Positions 1 to 9,728 of a DNA stretch of 39,468 nucleotides are shown here, in pieces. Both the position numbers and the translations under genes were made by a program. Position 1 is the stretch's first letter, and every line of letters begins with the position of its first letter. Below the pieces are notes generated by a model, which saw only the letters and a program-made list of their open reading frames with translations, did no database searches and was not told the origin of the DNA. Origin of the DNA: a virus (Duplodnaviria > Caudoviricetes); the IMG/VR virus record IMGVR_UViG_3300034025_000011, positions 1 through 39,468 of that record. The stretch is one strand, 5' to 3'.

Positions 1-124
1 TGCAGCAGGCGCTGCGTTGGGCGCTGCGGCTGGCGCTCCTCTGGCTGGCGTCGGGGCCCTCCCTGGCGCTGCGGCTGGCGCTGGCGCTGCTGCGCTGACA
101 ACTTTGGTGGGTGATCCATTAGTA
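1..124. repeat. Terminal direct repeat (left copy) of 39345-39468; circular assembly overlap
   Basis: 124 bp identical to the window end except C59 vs A39403; the reading frame continues across the join. Confidence 0.97.
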
Positions 125-1822
125 GGTGCTGTCAATAAGCTTTTCGGGACTAACTATTCAACGCCAAGTGAGTCTATATCTCATTTGATGGATGCAGCAG
201 GCATCGCTAAGCCGACAACTAGCGCTGAGCGAGTGATGCAAGCGGCTGCGGGAAGTGCTGGTGGCGCCGCCGGGATTGCCGCAGGCGCTAAAGCACTTGC
301 TAGTGGAGTTGTTACGGCTGGCAGACCAGTCTTGGCTGGAGTGCTTGACACTCTTGCAGCCTCGCCTGGCACGCAAACTATTGCGGGTGCAGGAGCTGGA
401 GCTTCTGGACAAGCAGCGCAGGAAATGGGGGCTGGCGCTGGAACTCAGTTCGCAGCGTCTCTACTAGGCGGAATTGGCGCAGCTGGAGCGGCAGGAGGAC
501 TGCAGCGCATTAACGCAGCTAGGACTGCAACTCTAGCGCCCGAACAACAGGCAATTATCGATGCGGGTAAAGCAGCTGACGTGCCGGTGATGACTTCGGA
601 TTTGATTGCGCCAGATAGTTTTATGTCTAAAAGCCTGCAATCAATGGGTGAAAGAATACCTGTTGCTGGCACTGGCCCTGTTCGTGCTGCTCAACAATCC
701 GCTCGAGCAGAATCAGTTGCTGATATAACCGCGCAATACGGCAAACCTGACTATGAAGCCATTGTAGGAAGCGTCAAAGGGCGCATAGGAAGGATTAAAA
801 AAGCAGCGGGCAGAGTCATTAACCAAACAGGGCAGACTCTTGATTCTGCTGGGCCAGTTGCACCAGTGAAAGCGACTCAAGCAATTGATGATGCCATTTC
901 TGAACTAACGCGACCAGAAGTGTACAAACCTGGATATCAAAGTTACGTCGATGATTTGATCCAAATAAAAGACACTTTTCAAAATAGCCCAAAGTACACA
1001 AACTTACGAGAAACCCGTACGGCGTTGCGTGAGGTAATGGAGGCTGTTGACCCTGCTGGCCGTAGCCAGTTGCCAAGCAGAACAAAAGCACTTTTTACCA
1101 AGGCATACAGCGCGATTAAGGATGATATGGATGATTTCGCTAATGCAAATCTTCCAGCTAACTCTGTCGTTAAACTAAATAAAGCCAATATTGTTTATGG
1201 TGAAACTGCTGGCGTTCTTAAAAATACGCGCTTAAAAACAGTGCTAGACAAAGGCGATGTTAAGCCAGAGATCGTAAAAAACATCATATTTAACGGACAG
1301 CCAAGCGAAATGAAAATGCTGTATGAATCGCTTGGAACATCTGGCAAGCAAAATGTCCGGGCTGCTTTGATCGATGACGCAGCAAGCAAGTCCGTATTGG
1401 CAGATGGGAGCATTAACCCAAATAGGTTTGGCGCTGAGTTAGCGAAGCACGATAAGAGAATTGACGCCTTCTTCAAAGGAGATGAGAGAGACGCGATTAA
1501 GGGCATGACTAGGCTAATGCAGGTTACTAGGCGCGCTCAAGATTCTCAGCTTGCACCGACCAATGGTTCTTCAGCGATTCCTTATTCATTAGCTGCTGGC
1601 GCTCTGGTAGACCTTGGCGCGACAATTGCCGCGGCCGCGACAACTGGCGGTATGGCTCGAATCTATGAGTCTGTGCCTGTTCGAAATCTATTGCTTAAAT
1701 TGCAGGCTACGGCCCCACAAAGCCGTAGAGAAGGCAATATAATTCGTGCGCTTGCTGCAACGATTCAATCTGAATCAAAGCGGAATAAGCCAACCGAAAC
1801 AAAGGACAAGGAAAAACTATGA
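2..1822 (+). CDS. C-terminal part of DNA ejection protein (P22 gp16-like position); gene starts at 38671 and spans the join (~831 aa)
   Basis: In frame with the open ORF from ATG 38671; Gly/Ala-rich; third gene of the ejection block, just before the tailspike. Confidence 0.8.
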   Translation, partial: AAGAALGAAAGAPLAGVGALPGAAAGAGAAALTTLVGDPLVGAVNKLFGTNYSTPSESISHLMDAAGIAKPTTSAERVMQAAAGSAGGAAGIAAGAKALASGVVTAGRPVLAGVLDTLAASPGTQTIAGAGAGASGQAAQEMGAGAGTQFAASLLGGIGAAGAAGGLQRINAARTATLAPEQQAIIDAGKAADVPVMTSDLIAPDSFMSKSLQSMGERIPVAGTGPVRAAQQSARAESVADITAQYGKPDYEAIVGSVKGRIGRIKKAAGRVINQTGQTLDSAGPVAPVKATQAIDDAISELTRPEVYKPGYQSYVDDLIQIKDTFQNSPKYTNLRETRTALREVMEAVDPAGRSQLPSRTKALFTKAYSAIKDDMDDFANANLPANSVVKLNKANIVYGETAGVLKNTRLKTVLDKGDVKPEIVKNIIFNGQPSEMKMLYESLGTSGKQNVRAALIDDAASKSVLADGSINPNRFGAELAKHDKRIDAFFKGDERDAIKGMTRLMQVTRRAQDSQLAPTNGSSAIPYSLAAGALVDLGATIAAAATTGGMARIYESVPVRNLLLKLQATAPQSRREGNIIRALAATIQSESKRNKPTETKDKEKL

Positions 1823-3414
1823 TCGCTCTCTCTCCGCCGCTGCAATACTTCGTTGACAACAATGGACAGCCATTAAATGAAGGATACATTTATGTAGGCG
1901 CAGTCAATGATAATCCAGAGACCGCCCCTATCGAGGTCTATTGGGACGTTGCAGCCACGCAGCCAGCCGCGCAGCCATTGCGCACAGTAGGCGGCGCTAT
2001 CGTGCGTAATGGGGTTCAAGCCAATATTTTCGTTCCTAGCGATTACTCAATGACGATCAAGAATAAATCTGATCGCGTTATCCACTATAGCCAAAATTCA
2101 TCAAGCTACCGAGGCGGAGGCGGAACAGTAACACCGGAACAATTTGGTGCTGTTGGCAATGCGACACACGATGATAGTTTAGCCTGGAAAGCCATGTTTA
2201 GCTACTTAAGCAACATTGGCGGCGGATATGTGCAAGCTAAACTTAAATATCTGGTCAATGACAATATTGATGTTGCTTGCAGTAATGTGACAATTGATGG
2301 GTGCGGAATTGGTAAGATTTACGCCAGCGGAGCTGGTAGCAATGTTGGTATGGGCGGGATTTCGGTTGCCGCAAAAACTAATGTCACCCTTTGCAACTTT
2401 GATATTTTCCTGCCTCGTAGCAACTTAAGAGATAAAGGGTTTTGCATCCAAGTCTATGACTCGTCAAAGTTTAGACTATTGAATGTTAGAACTGATGGAG
2501 GGACTTGTGGATGCTGGACCGACAGAAGTAACGATGTTGTCTACCAAAACGTAACTGTTACAACCACTAAAGCAGATGGGCTGCACATCGGCTCAGGCTC
2601 CTACAATTTTAAAATAATTGGCTGCACGATTACGGATGCAGCAGATGATTCAATCAGCGTAGGCGGTGTTGGCCTATCAAATGAAGTATCATACGATTTC
2701 TTAATTGCAAATAATCTTGTTCGTGGCTCCCGCGCTGGCGCTGGCGTCATTGTGTACAACGGGAACAATTTTATTGTCTCGAATAATGAAATACGCGATG
2801 TTGGAGGGACAGGTATTGGTGCAGGCGGATCAGATGGCGCACAGCCTAGTAACTATCTTTACGAAAACAATAGAGTTAATGGCTGCGCTCAGGCTCTCAA
2901 GATTCCCAACTCATATTGGTATGGCACAAATCCAGCCAGCGACCCTGTAGCGCCTCCTGCATATGGCGCGGCATGTTTTGGAGATAACGGCGTCTTCAAG
3001 GGGAATGTTTATCGCAACGTCAAAACATCGGCTGGCGATGCAAGGGACGGGATGGTAATTGGCCCGACAGCTAACCTAACTGTAAAAGACAATAGCTTTA
3101 TCGATATAGGCGGGCGTGGTGTAATCGTCGTTTCTGCTGGAACTTCCAACCTGCAAATAGTTGGCAATGATTTTAACAATGTGACAAATACTGGCATTCT
3201 TTTATTTGCTGCACAAACCAACTCAAGCCCAGTTGTTATTAGTTACAACACTTTTGGCATCGGGCAATCTCTTGCTCCAAACGCAATGATTCAAGTTGCC
3301 AATACAGGAACGGCAAAAGTAATGATCACATTCAACACAAGCAGTGCTGGCCGTGGAATTGCTATTGACACAACCACGTCAACTAATGTTGTATCGGCAA
3401 ACAATAGCTTCTAA
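1819..3414 (+). CDS. Tailspike: P22-type head-binding N-terminus plus right-handed beta-helix (pectate-lyase-like) domain
   Basis: N-terminal 'YFVDNNGQPLNEGYIYVG..NPET..QPLRT', 'VTPEQFGAVGNATHDD' motif, Asn/Gly-rich beta-helix repeats (ADG/DDSI). Confidence 0.88.
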   Translation: MIALSPPLQYFVDNNGQPLNEGYIYVGAVNDNPETAPIEVYWDVAATQPAAQPLRTVGGAIVRNGVQANIFVPSDYSMTIKNKSDRVIHYSQNSSSYRGGGGTVTPEQFGAVGNATHDDSLAWKAMFSYLSNIGGGYVQAKLKYLVNDNIDVACSNVTIDGCGIGKIYASGAGSNVGMGGISVAAKTNVTLCNFDIFLPRSNLRDKGFCIQVYDSSKFRLLNVRTDGGTCGCWTDRSNDVVYQNVTVTTTKADGLHIGSGSYNFKIIGCTITDAADDSISVGGVGLSNEVSYDFLIANNLVRGSRAGAGVIVYNGNNFIVSNNEIRDVGGTGIGAGGSDGAQPSNYLYENNRVNGCAQALKIPNSYWYGTNPASDPVAPPAYGAACFGDNGVFKGNVYRNVKTSAGDARDGMVIGPTANLTVKDNSFIDIGGRGVIVVSAGTSNLQIVGNDFNNVTNTGILLFAAQTNSSPVVISYNTFGIGQSLAPNAMIQVANTGTAKVMITFNTSSAGRGIAIDTTTSTNVVSANNSF

Positions 3415-3453
3415 CTTTTGAGTTAGAATACGGTTTTAATTGAAAGGAAAGTC

Positions 3454-3549
3454 ATGGGAACCTTACAAGTTAGTGGCGGCGGCGGAGAGCAGCGCCCGAA
3501 ACGAAAAAAAGAAACCGAGCCAATGAAAGCGCAAAAGAAACAAAAATAG
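3454..3549 (+). CDS. 31-aa peptide MGTLQVSGGGGEQRPKRKKETEPMKAQKKQK (not in ORF track)
   Basis: GAAAGGAAA RBS just upstream, TAGAAT -10-like box near 3424, stop codon 1 nt before the next ATG. Confidence 0.65.
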   Translation: MGTLQVSGGGGEQRPKRKKETEPMKAQKKQK

Positions 3550-3550
3550 G

Positions 3551-3955
3551 ATGTATTTGCGAGACTGGAAGGCTAGATTATTCTCTGGCCTTGCCTTTTA
3601 CCTAATAGCTTCATTGCACCAGCATATTTATCAGGATGTATTTAAAAATACGCCTGATAAAATGTTGTTGTATCACGCATCCGCAGCACTAGCTGATCTT
3701 GTTATAATTCATTTGGCGCGATACACGTTAACTGGCGCCGTACGTGGTGACATACAGCGCCTAAATCTTTGCGCGATAATTGTCAATTTTATAGGATGGG
3801 TAGCATATCTGGCCTATGCCTCGCCAGCGACCTACAATCTTACGATTATGGTGCTGGGATATGTGCAATATATCAGACTTCTATGGGCTGACCAGGATGC
3901 TTCTAACACTGTGGGGTTGCCTCTGGTTCGCCGGGATCATCTTTTCCGCAGTTAA
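3551..3955 (+). CDS. Multi-pass (~4 TM) membrane protein, function unknown
   Basis: 134 aa with several hydrophobic segments; lies between the peptide ORF and the holin-like gene. Confidence 0.7.
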   Translation: MYLRDWKARLFSGLAFYLIASLHQHIYQDVFKNTPDKMLLYHASAALADLVIIHLARYTLTGAVRGDIQRLNLCAIIVNFIGWVAYLAYASPATYNLTIMVLGYVQYIRLLWADQDASNTVGLPLVRRDHLFRS

Positions 3956-3978
3956 TGCTATTTTAGAAAGAAGAATCT

Positions 3979-4242
3979 ATGAGCGTCGTAGACGAAGCCG
4001 CGAAAGCCGCGTTAGAGACCGCCGCAAGCAGCCCCAAAGTGGCATTGATGACAGCAACGGTGTCAACATCGGTGGGATTGGGCGCAGTGTTGACGGAGGT
4101 GAATAGCGTACTAGGAACAATTGGGATTGTTTTAGGTCTTATGGTGACTGCTGCTGTTCTTTGTGTTCACGTAATGAAATTTCGTTTAATGAAGCGTGAA
4201 TGGGATAAGCCAGAAGGTATTTATCAGAAAGTTGATGAATGA
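3979..4242 (+). CDS. Putative holin
   Basis: 87 aa, hydrophobic segments and charged C-tail; ATGA overlap with the endolysin. Confidence 0.6.
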   Translation: MSVVDEAAKAALETAASSPKVALMTATVSTSVGLGAVLTEVNSVLGTIGIVLGLMVTAAVLCVHVMKFRLMKREWDKPEGIYQKVDE

Positions 4243-4778
4243 CTATCGAATCCATAATTGAAGGTATTATCTTGAAAGAAGGCGGATTTGTCGATAACAA
4301 AGACGACAGAGGCGGCGCCACAAAATACGGCATAACAGAGGCAGTGGCGCGTGCTGCTGGCTATCATGGCCCTATGCAAGACATGCCACGCGGCGTGGCC
4401 GCTGACATTTACATGCGCCGATATGTAATGGCGCCTGGATTTGATAAGGTTGCCGCTATTTCCCCTGCTATTGCGGCGGAACTCGTTGATACTGCTGTCA
4501 ACATGGGGCCGGGAATCCCTACGCCCTGGCTACAACGAATTCTTACTTTGATGAATCAAAATGGAAAGCTGTATGCAGACTTAAAAGCAGATGGCGACAT
4601 TGGCCCTGCGACGCTTGCCGCGCTCGTGGCTTTCTTAAAGTTTCGAGGCGCTAATGGCGAAAAAGTTATCTTGCGCGCTCTCAATGGTCTACAAGCTGCG
4701 CGGTATATCGAGATTACGGAGGAGCGTCCTCAAAATCGCACATTTATCTATGGCTGGCTTTTAGGAAGGGTGCTGTAA
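4239..4778 (+). CDS. Endolysin, glycoside hydrolase family 108 with C-terminal peptidoglycan-binding domain
   Basis: 'EGGFVDNKDDRGGATKYGIT', 'DTAVNMG', 'DGDIGPATL', 'FIYGWL'. Confidence 0.93.
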   Translation: MTIESIIEGIILKEGGFVDNKDDRGGATKYGITEAVARAAGYHGPMQDMPRGVAADIYMRRYVMAPGFDKVAAISPAIAAELVDTAVNMGPGIPTPWLQRILTLMNQNGKLYADLKADGDIGPATLAALVAFLKFRGANGEKVILRALNGLQAARYIEITEERPQNRTFIYGWLLGRVL

Positions 4779-5305
4779 TGGATTGGAAAAGCGTACTTGC
4801 TACGGTTAGCCCATGGATAGGAACGGCACTTGGCGGGCCTCTAGGCGGGATGGCTATAACTGCTGCTGCTGACGCACTAGGGCTGTCCGACAAGACCGAA
4901 GCGGCAATTAAAACGGCATTGAGTGGCGCAACGCCAGAACAAATGTTGGCACTCAAGCAGGCGGATAATGAGTTTGCTACAAAAATGCAAGCGCTCGGCT
5001 TTGAAAACATGGAAACAATGGCAAAGCTGAGCAATGAAGATCGAGACTCGGCCCGCAACCGTGAAATACAGGTAAAAGACCGAACACCGAAGATTTTGTC
5101 TTACCTTGTTACGGCTGGGTTCTTTGGCATGTTGATCGCTATGATGTTTAAGATTATCCCATCTGAAAATCGAGACATCCTAAACATCATGCTTGGCGCG
5201 CTTGGCTCAACATGGGTTAGCGTCATTGGCTATTACTTTGGTACTACCAAGGGATCAGAACAGAAGACCTCCATAATCGCTCAAATGAATACGGAATCTA
5301 AATAA
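4778..5305 (+). CDS. Holin-like membrane protein (3TM holin / GTA-holin-like)
   Basis: 'GTALGGPLGG', 'DRDSARNRE', C-terminal TM helices ending 'GYYFGTTKGS'; coupled to the endolysin. Confidence 0.7.
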   Translation: MDWKSVLATVSPWIGTALGGPLGGMAITAAADALGLSDKTEAAIKTALSGATPEQMLALKQADNEFATKMQALGFENMETMAKLSNEDRDSARNREIQVKDRTPKILSYLVTAGFFGMLIAMMFKIIPSENRDILNIMLGALGSTWVSVIGYYFGTTKGSEQKTSIIAQMNTESK

Positions 5306-6333
5306 TGATTAAAAAATTACTCGCACTACTTCTAATTGCTGGAAACGCTGTAGCAGGCCCGAACTACTATGAGCCTCCAAGGCGCTCTCCAGCGCCTAAC
5401 GCGATCCTGTACGTTCCATACGAAGCCCCTAGCGCCACATGCAAAGCGGTAGCACTATGGGATGATGAAAAAGAGCGTCGCTTTGAGTTGGTGCATCAAA
5501 CGTTTGTTGAGAACTTCGATAGTATGCCTGCCCTGGCTAACGGTGACGGTGCGCCAGGACGTTGGGCGCCGCATTTAGATGGCGGTCATAACGGCACAAT
5601 CTTTACCGGCTCTACGTGGGAAAACAAGCGCGCTCAAACTGTCTCGCATGAGCAGCAAATCTATACCGATCCATCATTCAAAGGATCGACAAGAGCACCG
5701 CTAGGATTCAATCCTTTTAATGTGGCCGATGGAGTGCTTACCATTACGGCGGAGCGCACGCCAGAAGCTCTGTACAGCAGCGTATGGGGCTATCCATTCA
5801 CGTCTGGTTTGCTGTCATCGCATGAGCTATACGCGCAGCAGTACGGTTACTTTGAGATTAGCGCAAAGGTTCCTCTAGGCTCTAACCTGCTACCGGCGTT
5901 TTGGTTGCTTCCAACTGATCGCACATCGTTGCCGGAGATTGACATTATGGAAGCGCCAGCCAATCGGGATTATGAAGGCAAGATTGCTTATACAACGCAT
6001 TGGCTCGTTGACGGTGATCGCTTGTCTACAGGTTGCACGTCGCCAGTAGCAAAAGACGGGAAGTTCCATACATACAGCGCGCTTTTATTGCCAGATCGTG
6101 TCGTGTTTTACTTTGACCGCGTAGCAATCGGCCAAGTAGCTACGCGCGAAGGAGCAGACAAAGATTTCTACATGATGGCAAATTTGGCGGTAGGCGGTGA
6201 CTGGGTAGGATTCGTTACGCCTAGCAATCAAAGCTTCCCGCGCAAGATGGAAGTCGACTATATGGCCGCGTACACAAAGGCAGGCCGTACAGGCTGTGCC
6301 AAGGATGAGCGCGGCGTGCTTATTTGTCGTTAA
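5305..6333 (+). CDS. Secreted GH16 family glycoside hydrolase (beta-glucanase-like)
   Basis: Signal peptide MIKKLLALLLIAGNAVA; 'YGYFE', 'PAFWLL', catalytic 'EIDIME', 'NLAVGGDW'. Confidence 0.9.
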   Translation: MIKKLLALLLIAGNAVAGPNYYEPPRRSPAPNAILYVPYEAPSATCKAVALWDDEKERRFELVHQTFVENFDSMPALANGDGAPGRWAPHLDGGHNGTIFTGSTWENKRAQTVSHEQQIYTDPSFKGSTRAPLGFNPFNVADGVLTITAERTPEALYSSVWGYPFTSGLLSSHELYAQQYGYFEISAKVPLGSNLLPAFWLLPTDRTSLPEIDIMEAPANRDYEGKIAYTTHWLVDGDRLSTGCTSPVAKDGKFHTYSALLLPDRVVFYFDRVAIGQVATREGADKDFYMMANLAVGGDWVGFVTPSNQSFPRKMEVDYMAAYTKAGRTGCAKDERGVLICR

Positions 6334-6551
6334 GGCTTCTGCTCAATCCATGCCCCATTTTCTCTTACTAAACAACCGAGAAATGGGGATACGTAAGTTT
6401 CTTTCCTCGTAAGCTTATGCACTTCATGGCAGCGACCCCAAAAAGTAATTGTAGCTCCTGCCCATATTGCTAGTCCGCAAAGAATTAAACATAATATAGC
6501 CGCAACTGCGAATATTATTCCTGCCAAAGCAGTTTCAAAAATTTCGCTCAT
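6330..6551 (-). CDS. Small membrane protein
   Basis: 73 aa with long hydrophobic N-terminus; coupled to the upstream gene. Confidence 0.6.
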   Translation of the reverse strand: MSEIFETALAGIIFAVAAILCLILCGLAIWAGATITFWGRCHEVHKLTRKETYVSPFLGCLVRENGAWIEQKP

Positions 6552-7264
6552 TTCTTCTCCTTAGATTGTAGAATGCCATACGCCCGGCCCGCTTCCCAGG
6601 CTTCGCGGCGGCTGGCGTCGATGTGGTCAATGACATCCTGGCGCGGTGCCCAACCTGAACGAGCATCACGCCAGGCCCGCATTAGGGCGACGAACTCCTG
6701 CGTATCAATGCTTCCCAGCGCTTCCACGGCTTGCGGCGCTGGTAGGGATTCGGGCGCGGCGGTAGTTAGACTAGCATTAGGCAGGTCGTACAACCACTTA
6801 ACGCGCTTGTCCTTATCGCCGCGTTCTGCGATGGCCTCACCGTGCTTCAATGTAGTTGGCTCATACTCGCCCCACCCATTTGGCGACAAGCCATCTTCCA
6901 GCGGTGCTCCGTTGGATGTCGTCGGCCCATCCCAGTAGCTAATTGCCGCTGCAACGGGTTTCGGCGCGGCCTCGCCTTCCGGCTGCTTGGCGCCAAGTGC
7001 GGCGCGGGCTTGCCAGCCGAACCACATATCATTAACTTCATCGTTTTGGTAATACCAGCCCCCAGGTGCTTGATGGCCGTCAAATTGGTTTTCTCCGTCT
7101 TGTGCTGCCCACGCCTCAAAGCTTGCCCGCTCATCCAGCCCCTGCGCCGGTTGCTCGGCGTCGATGGCGGCAAGGGCAACGCTTGATACTGAACGAGCGT
7201 ATTTGTTATCCGCTTGAATTGCTTTCAGCGCATCAACTGCAATTTTCAGTTTGGTATCCATCAT
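6548..7264 (-). CDS. Hypothetical early protein (probable start at MMDTKLK)
   Basis: ATGA overlap with the upstream gene; 'ERASFEAWA..W.GWQARA' pattern typical of phage early accessory proteins. Confidence 0.65.
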   Translation of the reverse strand: MMDTKLKIAVDALKAIQADNKYARSVSSVALAAIDAEQPAQGLDERASFEAWAAQDGENQFDGHQAPGGWYYQNDEVNDMWFGWQARAALGAKQPEGEAAPKPVAAAISYWDGPTTSNGAPLEDGLSPNGWGEYEPTTLKHGEAIAERGDKDKRVKWLYDLPNASLTTAAPESLPAPQAVEALGSIDTQEFVALMRAWRDARSGWAPRQDVIDHIDASRREAWEAGRAYGILQSKEKK

Positions 7265-8199
7265 TTTCCTTCGGCCGCGCGGGCGGCATTTGCTTGTTGC
7301 ATTGCATTGTTCCAAACCTGTTCAATGGTAGGCAGGCTGCCGTTCACTTCTAATATTGCGGGCGGCAGGGCGCGGCCAATAACCAGGGCGTACTCCATCG
7401 CCTTGCTGGCAAAAACGTTGATGAAGTTTTCCAGGGATTCGGACGGCACGCCGTCGCCATATTCTGTATCCCATGCCGCACTTGAAAGAAGCGGTTCAAA
7501 GTATGGTTGCGCCCCGATGGATATTTCGCCAGCAATATTGGCAAACGTGTGCATGTCATCTGCTTGCGCTGCTGGCGCTGCGCTCAAGAAATCCTCAAAT
7601 TGCTTACGGATATTCTCCCAAGCACTTTTAGTTCTGGGATTTTTAGCCTGTCCGTCTATGGCGTTGAAAATGTAGGCTCTCAACGATGACGGCATTGCTG
7701 CTGGCGCAGCGCTGGCGGCAAGGATGGCGCGGGCTATAGCAATATTGTATTCAATCAACATTTCGTAATCCGTCAGGCGCAGGTCGCATGTAGCGTACAT
7801 AATCTGCTCATCGGTCAGCACCGTGCGCGCTTCGGCAGCGGCAAGCTTTGCGCGTAGCTCGTTGATTTCGCTATCCTTTTGATCTGCTGTGCGCTTCCAA
7901 TTCATCATGCCGCCGTAGAAGCGCTCGCACTCGTCAGCCGCGCGGCGCATGGTGTCGGCGTAGTCGCTATGGCTATAACCTGGATTGCCCGCGTATTCAC
8001 GAAGAGAATCAGAAATATCGGTTGGCCTAGTCGGGACACGATCGGACAACTTTGCGCGTAGCTCGGCGATCTCGGCTTCAAGCGCGGCGACGTCTTCGTA
8101 AAATACAAAATCGCCATCTTCATTTTCGTTAATATCGGCAAGGCAGTCGCCGTCGAAATTACTTTCGTACGTGGCGGAATATCGTGTTAGTTGCATCAT
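7261..8199 (-). CDS. Hypothetical modular early protein (Ead/Ea22-like)
   Basis: 312 aa, RBS AAGGAG, coiled-coil 'ELRAKL' twice, 'LTDEQI' module. Confidence 0.6.
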   Translation of the reverse strand: MMQLTRYSATYESNFDGDCLADINENEDGDFVFYEDVAALEAEIAELRAKLSDRVPTRPTDISDSLREYAGNPGYSHSDYADTMRRAADECERFYGGMMNWKRTADQKDSEINELRAKLAAAEARTVLTDEQIMYATCDLRLTDYEMLIEYNIAIARAILAASAAPAAMPSSLRAYIFNAIDGQAKNPRTKSAWENIRKQFEDFLSAAPAAQADDMHTFANIAGEISIGAQPYFEPLLSSAAWDTEYGDGVPSESLENFINVFASKAMEYALVIGRALPPAILEVNGSLPTIEQVWNNAMQQANAARAAEGK

Positions 8200-8235
8200 T
8201 GCTCCTTATGCGCCAGCAGGGCTAGCGCGTTGTTG

Positions 8236-8859
8236 TTATTTGCGAAGTACGGCTTCGTTGCGCGATACAAGCGCCTCAAAGACTGCGAGAGATTCAACCA
8301 TTGCATCAATAAAGGCATCGTCGCGCTCTACGCGGCGACAGAACAATGACTTGCCTACGTTAGCCAGCTGCGGGCAAAACATAACGAAGTCACACCATTT
8401 CCTGCCCGTGATCCACATGCCGCCTTGCATCTGGTGCATGTATTCACTCATGTCTTGCGTATTCCACATATCGATAACAATCTCGGCACCGACAAGGCTT
8501 TTAATCTCGATCATGCCGTCATCGCCTACAAATCCATCCGTGCTGTATCCGAAAAGTTTGTCGTCGGTCAAAACCACGCCTGACTCGGTAGCCACAAGGC
8601 CCGTTTCGACCTCATAAGCAAATCGCGCATCTGGCTCAATTTCTTGGCCTCGCTTCATTTGCCAGGAATTAAATACTTCGCCGCATGGCTCTTTGCTGAT
8701 ACGTTCAATTGCCACTTGCGCGGCGTATAGATCGCGCTTTGACGTAGACAGGCCTTTAGCGGTCATCGTTGAAGCGTCACGAAACTTGCTGGCTGTAATG
8801 ACGCCACAGCGCGCTGCGTGCCACTCAGGGCTTCCCTGTTGAGCCTCAATGTAGATCAT
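8236..8859 (-). CDS. YqaJ / lambda-exonuclease family nuclease
   Basis: 'QGSPEWHAARCGVITAS', 'STDG', 'IEIK', 'QMQGGMWITGRKWCDFV'. Confidence 0.93.
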   Translation of the reverse strand: MIYIEAQQGSPEWHAARCGVITASKFRDASTMTAKGLSTSKRDLYAAQVAIERISKEPCGEVFNSWQMKRGQEIEPDARFAYEVETGLVATESGVVLTDDKLFGYSTDGFVGDDGMIEIKSLVGAEIVIDMWNTQDMSEYMHQMQGGMWITGRKWCDFVMFCPQLANVGKSLFCRRVERDDAFIDAMVESLAVFEALVSRNEAVLRK

Positions 8860-9599
8860 GCCTGCTCGCCTGCATCAGGGGCCGCCACAAAGTCTGAATC
8901 AATTACATTGTCAACTGTGCGGTTAGCGTCAACATCTACTGCCACCTGCTTAAAGGCGTCGTGATACGAAGCAAGCGATGCGCGACCTTCTTTCCCTGCT
9001 TCGGCAAAGAACTTTTGATACTCAGCAAGTCCCTTGCGTGCTGCTTGGTCTGCTCTTTCCAGCAGTTCTGCATCTGGCTCAGCCGAAACAACCTCGGCGG
9101 CACCCATATGTTTAGCGGGAGCCGCTGGAACCATATCTTGCGCTTCTTCTACGGTCAACATGCCACCAATGGCGCCAGGGTAGACCGCACGAACGCCTTC
9201 AGCAATTGCCCGTGCACGCAGCATCGCTTGCGGGTAATTCTTCCAGTTGTCTTTGCCTGTAAGTCCTGCTTTCTTTGCCTGCTCAAACGTCCATTCAACT
9301 CGAAGCGATCCGCCCTGTTTGTGCGTGAATGTTCCAACCGCTTTAGTAGCATTGATGACTTCCCATGCAACTGATCCGCCAGCTGCCTGGAACCTGGCAA
9401 GGATCGAGTGTGTTTTGCGCGCTGGACGGCCTTGCACGATGTCGAAATCCTGCACTGCTGTCATTGGGTGGCATCCTTCTGCCTGCGCAATAAGCATCAG
9501 GGACATGGCTTGTGATTCGTCTTTTGCCCCGAAGAGACGCGAACGGACGATATAACTTGCCATGCTCTCAAGTTCTTTGAAGGGTACTAAGTTGCTCAT
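8856..9599 (-). CDS. RecT/Red-beta-like single-strand annealing protein
   Basis: 'IVQGRP', 'WKNYPQAMLRARA..R..YP..GG....EE'; coupled to the exonuclease. Confidence 0.8.
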   Translation of the reverse strand: MSNLVPFKELESMASYIVRSRLFGAKDESQAMSLMLIAQAEGCHPMTAVQDFDIVQGRPARKTHSILARFQAAGGSVAWEVINATKAVGTFTHKQGGSLRVEWTFEQAKKAGLTGKDNWKNYPQAMLRARAIAEGVRAVYPGAIGGMLTVEEAQDMVPAAPAKHMGAAEVVSAEPDAELLERADQAARKGLAEYQKFFAEAGKEGRASLASYHDAFKQVAVDVDANRTVDNVIDSDFVAAPDAGEQA

Positions 9600-9612
9600 T
9601 TCATTTTTCCAT

Positions 9613-9725
9613 AAAAAAAGGCTTCACCTACACTCTTATCCCGAAGGATATTGGAATAACGGTTTAGCACCGCCAGAGTGTATGTGAAGCCTTGCTAAAA
9701 TTGTTATCGGATTCCAAGCCGACAC
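9613..9725 (-). ncRNA. C4/CI-like structured leader RNA, copy A
   Basis: Minus strand: hairpin loop TTGGAAT complements ATTCCAA; linker TTTAGCA complements TGCTAAA; ~18-bp closing stem followed by a T-run. Confidence 0.75.
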
Positions 9726-9728
9726 ATT

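Noticed and set aside
1-124. Terminal repeat as a biological DTR or att site
   Set aside because: It lies mid-gene and has assembler-overlap size; best explained as a circular contig overlap.
3816-4106. Overlapping ORF as a spanin
   Set aside because: No lipobox or clear RBS; overlaps two better-supported genes.
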